This document shows positions 1-10,198 of a stretch of 44,663 bases of DNA, one piece after another. The stretch is from an uncultured archaeon (GTDB lineage Archaea; Asgardarchaeota; Lokiarchaeia; Sigyniarchaeales; SOKP01). The stretch is taken from contig CAYLZE010000035.1 of assembly GCA_964388035.1 (NCBI GenBank), positions 1 to 44,663 of the forward strand, in the 5' to 3' direction. The notes under the pieces were generated by a model. It was given only the letters and a program-made list of their open reading frames with translations, made no database searches and had not been told where the DNA came from. Made by a program: the position numbers and the translations under genes. How positions within the stretch are numbered: position 1 is the stretch's first letter; each line of letters begins with the position of its first letter.

Positions 1-86
1 TAAAAGCGCCAGAAATAATAGAAGAAGAAACAATACCTTTCACACAAAAGTTCAAGAATATTTTTTCAAGAAAAAAGAAACAATGA
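1..86 (+). CDS. 3' end of a CDS entering from the left edge (..KAPEIIEEETIPFTQKFKNIFSRKKKQ*)
   Basis: Open frame from position 3 to TGA at 84-86, followed by an AT-rich intergenic region. Confidence 0.5.
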   Translation, partial: KAPEIIEEETIPFTQKFKNIFSRKKKQ

Positions 87-499
87 CCTAAAAAGTAATC
101 TAATAATACAATCTAATTGGTTAATTAATCATATAGATTTTAGATATTCAAGTTATCTTTTCATTTTTTTCGATTTTTTTTTTAAAAATGATGTGTTAAA
201 CTTATATTAGGAAGATTGGGAAAGAATTGATTAGAATTTTTGGGAGGTATATTACCTAAGAGATGAATGTAACGAGTATCAGATTGACGTCTCTGAAGAA
301 TTTTCGCAAGGAACCACATTTTGCTCAAAAAATTCTCCAAACCAATAATTATAACCATCAATTTCAACATGCTCGAGTAATTTCTTAGAAGCATTAACAT
401 GGATGCTGGATTGCTCTCTACCAATATAAATGGAAACTTTATCCGTTGCTGTTACTTAAGAGGAGCAGTATTAGACCTTTCACGAGTATTCCTTTTAAT

Positions 500-2035
500 T
501 CATGTACCGGCAATTCTTTTAGGATATTTAGTCTGCGCGTCGAGACTTTCATGTAATAATTTATCCAGTAGTTCAAATCGTTTCTCTCTAAAATTCGGAT
601 TGTGCCATAAATTATTTAGCTCGTGAAGATCATTTTTTCTGTCATAAATGTCTCCAAAGTTTGGCTTCGAAGCATATACCGTCAATTTATAATCTTCCGT
701 TACCAAATGCCTTAATCTTGACTCAAGCGGGCCAATCTCTTCATCATTCTCAATGAAGCAACAATCTCTCACTTTCACGTTGGGATCTTTTAAGATGGGT
801 GTAATGTCTTGCCCCTGCAAATCTATATCATGATGTCTTTCATTAATGTTTAAAAGACTCAAGAGTGTTTTGGCATAATCAACTGAACTTACCAAAGAAT
901 CCGAAATATTCCCTGCTTTAGTTAATCCCGGAACTTTCCATATTAAGGGGAGTTGCAATACACCATTATAAGGACATGGTCCTTTGAATAAAAGCCCGTG
1001 ATCTCCCATTAAATCACCATGATCGCTCGAAAAAATCACGATGGTATTATCAGCCATGCCTAACTTTTCTAACGTGGCTAAGATTTCTCCGATGCAATGA
1101 TCAACATATGCAATCGATGCATACGTTAATGCCGTTATTTTTTTAACTTCCTCTTCCGTAGATTCTCTTATAAATGCTTTTTTAAAAGGTGGATTTTCCA
1201 GATGATATCCTAAAAATTCATGATCCCGAATGTTTTTTATATCATCGAAACTGGCAGGAAGTTCAATATCTTCTGGCTTGTACATCTCTTGGTACTTGAC
1301 GGGAGGCCATATGGGATAATGAGGGTCGGGGAAGGAACAATGTAAATAAAAAGGTTTATCTCCATGAATGCTGTTGGCATGTTTTTCTAAAAATGAGATT
1401 GTTCGCTCTTTAACATAAGTAGTACTATAACATTCTTCTGGAATGGGATCGCAATAAAGGCTAAAGAGATAATCATAATTGAGGCATCTTTTCTTGACAT
1501 CTTCCGCGACGGACGGCGATTTTTCTTCTAACCATTCGGTATAATGTCCCGAGCAAATACTTCCATTTCCATTAATTACTTCTACGTCCTCATACCCATA
1601 ATACGGCATGGGAAATTTGTCTCTCACGGGATCTTTTCGCCCCTTCGGGCTCGCCCAACTAGCAAGGCTTTCCGCAGAGATACTTTTTTGCTTGAATGGA
1701 GCCAGCCAGAATTGGTGATGGATTTTTCCAATAGCTGCGGTATGCCATCCTCTCTTGCTTAATGTCTTGGGAATGGTAGCAATATCCTTTCTTAAATTAA
1801 TACCATTACTCCGGACGCCATGTACATTAGGATAAACTCCTGTTACCAAAGTTGCTCTATTAGGCATGCAGATGGGATTGGTGCAGAAATAATTGGTGAA
1901 TCGCGCGCCCTCTGCAGCCAATTTATCTAAATTAGGCGTTTTTAATATCGGATTTCCATAACAACCTAAATGATCTTGCCTCTGGGCATCGGTCATGATG
2001 AATAAAACATTCATTTTATCACTCAATATCATCAA
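500..2035 (-). CDS. Sulfatase (formylglycine-dependent, arylsulfatase/choline-sulfatase-like)
   Basis: NVLFIMTDAQR, CMPNRA (CxPxR), GKIH, SDHGD motifs. Confidence 0.93.
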   Translation of the reverse strand: MMILSDKMNVLFIMTDAQRQDHLGCYGNPILKTPNLDKLAAEGARFTNYFCTNPICMPNRATLVTGVYPNVHGVRSNGINLRKDIATIPKTLSKRGWHTAAIGKIHHQFWLAPFKQKSISAESLASWASPKGRKDPVRDKFPMPYYGYEDVEVINGNGSICSGHYTEWLEEKSPSVAEDVKKRCLNYDYLFSLYCDPIPEECYSTTYVKERTISFLEKHANSIHGDKPFYLHCSFPDPHYPIWPPVKYQEMYKPEDIELPASFDDIKNIRDHEFLGYHLENPPFKKAFIRESTEEEVKKITALTYASIAYVDHCIGEILATLEKLGMADNTIVIFSSDHGDLMGDHGLLFKGPCPYNGVLQLPLIWKVPGLTKAGNISDSLVSSVDYAKTLLSLLNINERHHDIDLQGQDITPILKDPNVKVRDCCFIENDEEIGPLESRLRHLVTEDYKLTVYASKPNFGDIYDRKNDLHELNNLWHNPNFREKRFELLDKLLHESLDAQTKYPKRIAGT

Positions 2036-2194
2036 ATCCTTCTACTTTTTTATATAATGGAATGAATTATTCTTTTAAATGGTTAATTGTTCATACCGAT
2101 TGAATTTACTTCTTTCGAGAGATCATTACAAATAAAAAAAAATATAAAATAAAAAGAATAAATTTAGATTTCTAAAGAATATTCAATTGCCAAA

Positions 2195-3598
2195 TTAAAG
2201 TTTCAGCTGCTCCAGCTTTTCTCTTATAGATGCTTTTTTCTCTGGGGTAATATCATACAGCTTCCAGAAGATAAGGACTCCAATGAGCATGAGGATCATG
2301 GGTACCAGAGCAACTTGAAGCCTGACTCCTAATATAGCTAAAGGAGTTTGAGTTGCAGAGCCGGGTTCAAAGCCTGTTAAAGTATGGATGAAAAAGAACG
2401 TGCCAGCTTGTACAATAATGGCTAATCGGCCAAAAAATGTTCTAACACCCATATAAATTCCCTCTTGCCTTATATTGTTCCGTATAGCCGCCTCATCCAC
2501 GACATCTCCAAGTACTGGTAACATGAATACCCAAAATCCAATGGAACCTATCGCCCAGAGAGCCACGGAAATCATTACCGTTGCTATCGTGCTTACAAAT
2601 AAGAAGGGAATGGACAAGACTACAAGTAGAACACCTCCAATCAAGAACATCACCTTATTATTGTTTATCTTACCCGCAATTTTAGACCAGAATGGAATGG
2701 ATAACAAGCCCACGATGATGTAACCAATCAAAATTAACGATTCAGTCTCGGCTTCTTCATGAAGGATGAATCGTACGACGTAGGGAATACTTCCGGTCAT
2801 GAGCAATGACATGGATTGATAAAAGGTAAAAATAGCTATATATGCCAGAAATGATTTTTGCTTGATAACACTTTTCAAAATTTTAAAAAAACTTACGCGC
2901 TCTTTTTGTGCATCCACTTCCACGGCTCGTTGCTTCATCTCCTCAGTTTCTCGAACTCCCGGCAAGGTTAACAATAAAAATCCAAAACCCATGAATGCCA
3001 CGACAATTGACATGACGACAAATGATGATCTATCTCCATAGGTAATAATTAAAGGGGGAATGACGCCCCCAAGCACGGTTCCTGTAAGCCCCAATCCAAC
3101 GGCAAAACTGGATTGTTTAATTCTCTGTTTATCGGAACGGAATTTATCCGGTATCAAGGCGTTGAAGTTAGGGTCATAGATGGAAAACAAGGTGTCATAT
3201 ACGCAGAGGAAAATTAATAAATATAAAAAGAGAGGCAAAGCGCCCGTTAATGGATCTACGTCTGGAGCTATAAATAGAAGTATGAAGCAAAAACTCCAAG
3301 GGAGGCCTCCTCCGATAATCCACAAGAATCTCTTTCCATACTTTTTCCAGAATCGATTTGGTCGATCCGCCAAGTATCCTGCTAGGGGGTCGTTAAACAT
3401 GTTCCATACCGTGTATAAAACTAATGCTAAAGAGATAAAACCAGTAGCGAGTCCGATTTCATTTTCATAATAATCAAAGACTCGAATACCAAATGCGGAT
3501 AAGAGAAACTCAATCAGCATTTGGCCACATCCCACGGATGCATACGTCCATAAACGATAATCTTTCTTGACAGAAGGTTCTTTTTGTTGTTCATTCAT
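2195..3598 (-). CDS. MFS transporter, GPH/MelB-like glycoside:cation symporter
   Basis: About 12 TM segments; WNMFNDPLAGYLADR, GKR and DVVDE..R.EGIY motifs. Confidence 0.9.
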   Translation of the reverse strand: MNEQQKEPSVKKDYRLWTYASVGCGQMLIEFLLSAFGIRVFDYYENEIGLATGFISLALVLYTVWNMFNDPLAGYLADRPNRFWKKYGKRFLWIIGGGLPWSFCFILLFIAPDVDPLTGALPLFLYLLIFLCVYDTLFSIYDPNFNALIPDKFRSDKQRIKQSSFAVGLGLTGTVLGGVIPPLIITYGDRSSFVVMSIVVAFMGFGFLLLTLPGVRETEEMKQRAVEVDAQKERVSFFKILKSVIKQKSFLAYIAIFTFYQSMSLLMTGSIPYVVRFILHEEAETESLILIGYIIVGLLSIPFWSKIAGKINNNKVMFLIGGVLLVVLSIPFLFVSTIATVMISVALWAIGSIGFWVFMLPVLGDVVDEAAIRNNIRQEGIYMGVRTFFGRLAIIVQAGTFFFIHTLTGFEPGSATQTPLAILGVRLQVALVPMILMLIGVLIFWKLYDITPEKKASIREKLEQLKL

Positions 3599-4022
3599 TT
3601 TTATTCAAATTCTTAGTATATGTTAATTATGATTTTTGTTTTAATTCTTTAAATTCCTTTCGATTCTATTTATATACACAATTAATTTTTAACACAACGT
3701 TGGAACATTTCAATTATTAATTAGAAATCTACTTTCATTATCATTTCTCTCTAATTTAAGTAGGATAAAATAATGAAATCGGCGTATTAATAAATATAAA
3801 TAATCAAATGCACTAAATTCTAAATAGGTACATTCTAAGCAATAAAGGTTCATTTTCAAAGAAGTGGTAAGAGAAAAGGAATACCAAGAAGATTAAGATG
3901 TAAAAATAGGAGGTAAAAAAGGAGTCTATTAAATAGATCTTGTGGAGGAATGCTGTATTATGGAAAATATATTGATGGAAATCATGAAAGGAGATTGCAA
4001 TTGGGTTCTATTATCTAATAGA

Positions 4023-4733
4023 TTAAATAATAAAAATATATACAATTGCCATTAAAAAGATATCATTTATTACGTGTACTATAATTGCTGAATATAAGGA
4101 TCTTGTCATTTGTGTTATAAATCCATAGAAAAAACCTTCTATAAATACCCATATTAACATGGGTAATAGAATAAAATAATTTATTTCAATCGTTAAAAAG
4201 TAGGTAACATGGATTAAAGCAAACATAGAAGATTGAATCAGATTTGCAATTGATGGATCTACTTTTATTTCAAATGATTTTATAACTGGTCCTCGGAAAA
4301 ATAAATCCTCGAATAGAGGTAATGTTCCAAATCCTACTACTGCAATAGGAAAATACATCCATTTATTCTCAGTAGTTACAACCCCATATTGTTGTTGCGA
4401 TTGTGCTATGGTTAAAAAGAAATTCAGATTTGTATATCCGACAAGAAAATATTGGATTATATAGAAAAGTATCGTTATGCTTAATATAATTAAAAGAATT
4501 AATGGCAAATATCGCTTTTTTTCAATTTTCTTTAAATATATTTCATGCCAATGTTCTTTCTTATTGACCCCTATTGAAAATATAACATATAAAAACATGC
4601 CTATTATAGTGATTAAAATTAAATGAAAAAGGATCGCCATCAGTTGAAACGTAAAACAAATAATGAAAAAAATCAAGGATATCATGTAATTTTCATATGT
4701 TTTTCTATTCCTTATTGATTCTATCATGCTCAT
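4023..4733 (-). CDS. CPBP/Abi (CAAX protease-like) intramembrane metalloprotease
   Basis: FEDLFFRG, FALIH, HVIND motifs; hydrophobic. Confidence 0.8.
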   Translation of the reverse strand: MSMIESIRNRKTYENYMISLIFFIICFTFQLMAILFHLILITIIGMFLYVIFSIGVNKKEHWHEIYLKKIEKKRYLPLILLIILSITILFYIIQYFLVGYTNLNFFLTIAQSQQQYGVVTTENKWMYFPIAVVGFGTLPLFEDLFFRGPVIKSFEIKVDPSIANLIQSSMFALIHVTYFLTIEINYFILLPMLIWVFIEGFFYGFITQMTRSLYSAIIVHVINDIFLMAIVYIFII

Positions 4734-4856
4734 TGTTTTTCTATTATATCTGAAATTTTTTATAATTTAAAAAGCAAAGCTTTAGTTTAGAAAAAGAATG
4801 CAAATAAATAATAGGATTAGAAAATGTTTGAAAAGAAGCGGTAATTTTTAATTCTA

Positions 4857-5771
4857 TTATTCTTTCAGTAATTTTTCCGAATAATATTCCACTAATAGGT
4901 TCATGATTAATTCTCCCAATTCCTTCACGGGTTTTACTCTACCCTTATCTAATTTTCGAAGTGATTTGAGACAATCCCATAATCCGTGAGTATCAGTATC
5001 TTCGGTGCCAATAGAATCCGTGTATTTGCCTCCCGCCAGTAGAAAGCCTCCTAATCCTCCTATGGGAGGCCATTTAGCTAATGCGCCTTCAAAATCTTTT
5101 TCTAATTCTTGGTTCATGATTTTCAACTTTTCTTCATCCAAAACACCTAAAGCCGCTCCATTTGAATGTTCAAAATGACCCGCATGCCCTGCGGTCGTTA
5201 ATATAGTCACGAGTTGTCGTTTAATTTTACTTGGTTTTTCTCCTTCTTTAGCAATTTTGGTAGATAAAAGATCTAATTCATTTAATATTCGTTCCATGTT
5301 TTCATCCGCCAAATTTTCTTCAGGAGCAATCATAATTTCATCCAAATTGAGAGTTGTTTTCAATTCTTCAGCATAATTTGCCAACGGGTCATTTCCGCCA
5401 TGACCCGAAAAGATAAACACGCGGGATGCGGGCAACCCCATTTCCTTATAGATGTTAATGTGATATTGCAAGAAATCTTTTAACTTTTCGACCAACTTTT
5501 CCACGGGAATGATTCGAGGTGCCCAATCCGTTGCGATGGAAGGAAAATTATCCGTTCCCCAAGGGATGTGAGCACAATATCGGGATCCCGTCTTACATGA
5601 GATGAGATGTGCAACTCGTTGGGAAAATAAATCGTCAATGTTCCTGGGAAGTGCATATCCATGCCCTTCTTCGGGATTTCCAATCGAAAAGATAAGCCAT
5701 TTCCCTTCATTTTTGCCAAAAGGACCCCAATCGTCCATTTTGCCTTTTAAGGAAATATTTTTTTGAGCCAT
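4857..5771 (-). CDS. Creatininase-family amidohydrolase (ArfB-like deformylase)
   Basis: GNPEEGHGYALP..IDD, SGHGGN, GHAGHFE metal-binding motifs. Confidence 0.75.
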   Translation of the reverse strand: MAQKNISLKGKMDDWGPFGKNEGKWLIFSIGNPEEGHGYALPRNIDDLFSQRVAHLISCKTGSRYCAHIPWGTDNFPSIATDWAPRIIPVEKLVEKLKDFLQYHINIYKEMGLPASRVFIFSGHGGNDPLANYAEELKTTLNLDEIMIAPEENLADENMERILNELDLLSTKIAKEGEKPSKIKRQLVTILTTAGHAGHFEHSNGAALGVLDEEKLKIMNQELEKDFEGALAKWPPIGGLGGFLLAGGKYTDSIGTEDTDTHGLWDCLKSLRKLDKGRVKPVKELGELIMNLLVEYYSEKLLKE

Positions 5772-5928
5772 GAAGAAAAGTTGTAAGGATTAAATTAAAA
5801 TTTTTTCTAATCTAAAATTCCGATTGAGAACTTTTGCTCTAAGGATTAAAAATTAAAGATATTTCACATTCTTTTCATTTAGCATTATTAAAAGAATAAA
5901 AGAATTCAACAAGAGGAAAACAAGTAAA

Positions 5929-7167
5929 ATGCCCGGACCTGGAATGGAACTTATTGGAGAGGAAGAAAAAAAAGAGATCATGGAAGTTTTAGACTCCGGA
6001 TATTTATATCGGTATGGTGATCTCTCCGATCCTAAATTTAAGGCAAAAGTATGGAACTTAGAGAAAGAATTTGCCGCTAAAATGAACTCAAAATATGCTT
6101 TAGCGGTCAGTTCAGGAACCACCGCACTTTTAGATTCCCTTTGGGCTTTAGGCATAGGCCCCGGAGATGAAGTCATCGTGCCCGGTTATACCTTTATTGC
6201 AAGCATCACGTCAATTATTTTTGCTAAAGCAGTTCCCATTTTAGCAGAAGTGGATGAAAGCTTGACTTTAGATCCCGTAGATGTGGAGAATAAAATCACC
6301 CCCCGTACCAAAGCGATCATGCTGGTACACATGTTGGGAAACACCGGCAACATTGAAGCGTTCACGAGTCTTTGCAAGAAAAAAAACGTCTTGCTTTTAG
6401 AAGATTGTGCACAAGCAGCAGGTGCGTCATATAAAGGAAAATCGGTAGGAACATTTGGCAAAATGGGTGCTTTTAGCTTGAATGTGTATAAAACGATTAC
6501 GGCGGGAGATGGAGGAATGGTTATCACGGATGATGAGGAATTATATAAGAGAGCGTTTGCCATTCACGATCAAGGACATCTTCCTCTAAGGCAAGGCGTT
6601 GAACAAGGTAAAAGAACCATCCTCGGATTAAACTTTCGGATGAATGAATTGACTGCCGCAGTGGCACTTGCTCAATTAAGAAAGTTGGACGCCATAAAAA
6701 AGAAACTCCACCAGAATAAAGCAATTTTAAAAGAAGAGTTGTCGGATATAGAGGAAATAACCTTTCGAAAATTATATGATGAGGAAGGAGAGGTAGGCAC
6801 GTTATTGACTTTTTTCATGCCCACTAATAAGAGTGCAGAAAAGCTAGCAAGTGCAATCGGCACCACGACAATCGCCAAGTCGGGGTGGCACGTGTACAAT
6901 AACATGGAACATTTTCTAGGAAAAATGACGATCACTAAAGAAGGCTGTCCCTTTAATTGCCCGTTGTATAAGGGGGGAGAGGTAAAATATTCTAAAGGAA
7001 TGCTTCCTCGCACTGATGAATTGGTGCAAAGAGGAATAAATATCAGCATCGGTGTAGTGGATAGGGGACTTGGTTCTGCATATGGAATAAATATTGCGAG
7101 TAGCACGGAAGAAATCAAAGAAGTCGCAAATAATTTAAAGAAAGAGATCAAAAATTCTCTGAAATGA
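5929..7167 (+). CDS. DegT/DnrJ/EryC1/StrS-family PLP-dependent aminotransferase
   Basis: SSGTTAL, GPGDEVIVP, EDCAQA, FSLNVYKTIT.GDGG (PLP Lys), GLNFRM. Confidence 0.93.
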   Translation: MPGPGMELIGEEEKKEIMEVLDSGYLYRYGDLSDPKFKAKVWNLEKEFAAKMNSKYALAVSSGTTALLDSLWALGIGPGDEVIVPGYTFIASITSIIFAKAVPILAEVDESLTLDPVDVENKITPRTKAIMLVHMLGNTGNIEAFTSLCKKKNVLLLEDCAQAAGASYKGKSVGTFGKMGAFSLNVYKTITAGDGGMVITDDEELYKRAFAIHDQGHLPLRQGVEQGKRTILGLNFRMNELTAAVALAQLRKLDAIKKKLHQNKAILKEELSDIEEITFRKLYDEEGEVGTLLTFFMPTNKSAEKLASAIGTTTIAKSGWHVYNNMEHFLGKMTITKEGCPFNCPLYKGGEVKYSKGMLPRTDELVQRGINISIGVVDRGLGSAYGINIASSTEEIKEVANNLKKEIKNSLK

Positions 7168-7483
7168 TTAAAAATCAAAATAAGCTCAATGCTTTATTTT
7201 TTTTGAAATTGAAAGCTTTAGAAATTTTAATTTTGAGGAAAATTTCTTCAGGAGCCATGAAGGTTGGTTGGAAATTAAACTATTTTTTATCTATCTTCTA
7301 ATTCTAAGTATCCTAACAGCATTTTCAAATCAATCCTTAGATACTACATTTTAAAGAATAAAAATTGAAAATCTTTTATATTTAATATCAATAAATACCC
7401 AATATTTAGCTTTTACAATTCCTTTATTTAATTGTGAGAGAAGATTAAAAAAGTTAAATAAGTTAAATGAAATGAAATATTAC

Positions 7484-7600
7484 CAAAAGTAAAATTAGAT
7501 TATTAGATTATTAAATTTGAATAGAATTAAATAACGAAAAATATTATTCAAAAGTAAAATTAGATTATTAAATTTAAATAGAATTAAATAACGAAAAATA
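7484..7600 (+). repeat. Imperfect tandem duplication (about 52-60 bp) directly upstream of the Rag-like GTPase
   Basis: caaaagtaaaattagat[tattagat]tattaaattt(g/a)aatagaattaaataacgaaaaata at 7484-7543 and 7549-7600. Confidence 0.85.
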
Positions 7601-7610
7601 GGAAATCATC

Positions 7611-8519
7611 ATGAAAATCAGTTTGGTCGGCCTTGGAGGCTGCGGGAAGACAAGCTTGTATTCTGTTGCTTTTGCAGAGAAAAACCCAGAGGACACTAAG
7701 TCTTTAAGCCCCACGATTCTGTACGAGACCCGGAGGCACCCCTTCCTTGGTTTACAAGTTGGAATATTTGACTTTGGTGGGCAAGAGCAATACCGGAAAG
7801 AATACATGGAAAATCCCGAAGTATTTCGGGGCACGGATATTCTCATTCCCATTGTCGATCTCCACGATCCCAAATCATACGAGCAAGCAAAAGAATATTT
7901 TGAAGGATTATTAAAAATTTATCGGGAAAATAATGAAAAACCAAAAGTCTTTCTTTTTTTGCATAAATTTGATTCGAAAGACTATCAGAAAGAGCTCTTA
8001 GATAGCAACGTGAAGAAGGCAAAAGAAATTCTCTTAGATGTATTCAAGGGATATGATTTCGATTTCAAATTAACTAGTATTTATGACCAAGACAAATTGG
8101 GCAAAATCTTTCGAGATATCTTAATCTCATCATATGAAGAATTGAAGACTCACGTGGAAAAGGCAGAACAGCAACTCAAGGATATCAATGCGAAAGTGAT
8201 CATCACGGACATTTCGGGCAATGTAATCAGTCATAACGTGCAAGGAGTTAGTAGTGGCTTGACATTGAGAGGAGATTTAAGAGATTTCATCAATGCTTGC
8301 AACACGGTAAGGGAAAACATTTTCATGTCCGATTCTGGGGAATTTAAGGGTCGAAATGAAGAAGGTAAGAATATTGAGCTTTATATCTTTAAATATATAT
8401 TATCAGTCATCATCATGAAACCAGCAGAGATAGATATGGATTCTCTAGATAAAATTAATACTCTTTTAAACGACATGAAGCTCTTTGCTGATCTAATTAT
8501 ATCCGCGCACACGGATTAA
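7611..8519 (+). CDS. Rag/Gtr-like small GTPase with C-terminal roadblock/longin-like domain
   Basis: GLGGCGKTS (G1), DTKSLSPT (G2), DFGGQ (G3), HKFD (Rag-type G4), TSIY (G5); about 120-aa alpha/beta C-terminal domain. Confidence 0.85.
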   Translation: MKISLVGLGGCGKTSLYSVAFAEKNPEDTKSLSPTILYETRRHPFLGLQVGIFDFGGQEQYRKEYMENPEVFRGTDILIPIVDLHDPKSYEQAKEYFEGLLKIYRENNEKPKVFLFLHKFDSKDYQKELLDSNVKKAKEILLDVFKGYDFDFKLTSIYDQDKLGKIFRDILISSYEELKTHVEKAEQQLKDINAKVIITDISGNVISHNVQGVSSGLTLRGDLRDFINACNTVRENIFMSDSGEFKGRNEEGKNIELYIFKYILSVIIMKPAEIDMDSLDKINTLLNDMKLFADLIISAHTD

Positions 8520-8791
8520 CCACTTAAATTCTTATTTTTTTACCATTTTTCATTTTGTTTTAAATAAGTTTTCTTGACAGTTTTAAATTAGATATTCTAT
8601 CTGATTTCTCAGTGAACGTGGTTGGAATTTTATTGTTGCTTGATACAATGCAAATGCAAATAAACTACACGCTAAAATTGAAATGAATGAAGTTCAAATA
8701 ACCAAGTGGAAATTAGGATGCCTATGCGGCTAGGTGGAATTTATATAATATAATTCATCTAAAATTATTTAATTTAATACTAGAAAGAAGA

Positions 8792-9277
8792 ATGTATATG
8801 ATTAACAACCCTATAGATTTAATGTTTGTAATTACGGCGGTTCTTTTTAATTGTTTCATAATTTGTCTTTTTATCACCTTCAAAAAGGAGAATTTGAAGC
8901 TTAGAAAGCTTTTTGGAGCGCTCTGGATTTCCTTAATCGTTCCAATTGTTATAGCCTTCATATTCTACTTGCTTTGGGAACGGAGTCTCAGTATAATTAT
9001 ATCCATGGTTTTTATCCTCTCGTATTATCTCGTAGAGATATTACTTGATTATGTATTTAAATACGATTTTCGGAGCAACTGGAAGACCCATGTTCCGTAT
9101 ATCATTTTAGAATATATAGCACTGTTTAGCTTCCTAATTATTGCATTTTCCATTGATGTGCTTTGGGGATGGATTGTGTCCATTACTTTCTGGGGCATAA
9201 TAGTAGCGTTGATATATCTTTATGCCGGTAAAAAACCAAAAAAGGATAAGGACGAAGTAACTATCCAAGCAATCTAG
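8792..9277 (+). CDS. Hypothetical membrane protein (about 5 TM)
   Basis: 161-aa hydrophobic ORF with a basic C-terminal tail. Confidence 0.7.
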   Translation: MYMINNPIDLMFVITAVLFNCFIICLFITFKKENLKLRKLFGALWISLIVPIVIAFIFYLLWERSLSIIISMVFILSYYLVEILLDYVFKYDFRSNWKTHVPYIILEYIALFSFLIIAFSIDVLWGWIVSITFWGIIVALIYLYAGKKPKKDKDEVTIQAI

Positions 9278-9314
9278 AATTCTTTTTTAACGTATCAAAA
9301 AAAAGTATTAATTC

Positions 9315-10037
9315 TTATAGAAGTGCCATTAGATCTTCTAGGGTTCCTTCATAATTAGGTTTAGGTGTTGTTGCTTCTAATTTGTGTTTAGAATTCTGAA
9401 TATAATAAGTCATAATTCCTATCTTGGCTGCGACCATGTCTTTATTTTCATCCCCCACCATCAAACATTCACGGGCTTCTCTTCCAATATCGTTCAAGAT
9501 TTGTTGAAAGTACAATAAATTAGGTTTGGTGGCTTTCATGTTTTCATAGGAAGTAATTAGGCGATAATTAAAATCCGCAACTCCAGCCCATTCCATTCTC
9601 TGGATAATTCCTGTTAAGGGTAAGATAGGAGTAGTGGCAAGAACTAATTCATATCCTTGTTTAGATGCCCATTGCACTGCTTTTTGAGCTTCTGGCTTAA
9701 GTATTGTAAATTGCTTTAATTTAGGAAAGTCTTCTTCATAGAATCTATCAAAAATTGGTTCTAGTTCTTGCCGCTCATGTCCTTCTATGGGGAAAAAAGC
9801 TTCGGCATATACTTTTTCATTAGTTTCCTTCCCATCATTTTCCTCCACTTTTTTAGATGCCAGCATGAGTTTTGCTACAAATTTTGAGGGTTTAATGAGA
9901 TGGGAAATTCTTTTTGATAGTAATTTAATATACTCTGGAATAAAATTGTCCTTTAACTCAATCAAGGTCCCATCTAAATCAAAAAAAATTACTTTTATCC
10001 CTTTTCGCGTCATTAAATTCATAATATAAAATAACAC
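9315..10037 (-). CDS. HAD-superfamily hydrolase (true start probably ATG at 10022 or 10013)
   Basis: FFDLDGTL, LATT, KP, MVGD..D motifs. Confidence 0.9.
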   Translation of the reverse strand: MLFYIMNLMTRKGIKVIFFDLDGTLIELKDNFIPEYIKLLSKRISHLIKPSKFVAKLMLASKKVEENDGKETNEKVYAEAFFPIEGHERQELEPIFDRFYEEDFPKLKQFTILKPEAQKAVQWASKQGYELVLATTPILPLTGIIQRMEWAGVADFNYRLITSYENMKATKPNLLYFQQILNDIGREARECLMVGDENKDMVAAKIGIMTYYIQNSKHKLEATTPKPNYEGTLEDLMALL

Positions 10038-10198
10038 CCATATCTTCTTCAGAATAATGAATGAATTGAGATAATGTTGAAAAAGAAAAAAGTTATGCCA
10101 TTATTTCATTTTTTACAAATTTTTATAACTTAATGTATTGAACGTGGGAACAATAAAGAGTAAATAAATACAAGGATATTTTATTAGATATTTTTAAA

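Noticed and set aside
182-480. 80-aa ORF 182-424 and an overlapping alternative frame (..LEHVEIDGYNYWFGE..)
   Set aside because: No convincing start or family motif; at most a decayed gene fragment
3840-4020. Purine-rich + strand stretch resembling coding sequence
   Set aside because: Interrupted by stops and no recognisable homology
7484-7600. Possible CRISPR array
   Set aside because: Only two AT-rich copies, a 5-bp gap instead of a spacer, and no cas genes
8590-8735. Short frame with an internal TGA (possible selenocysteine or pseudogene)
   Set aside because: No start, no selenoprotein motif and no SECIS-like hairpin recognised
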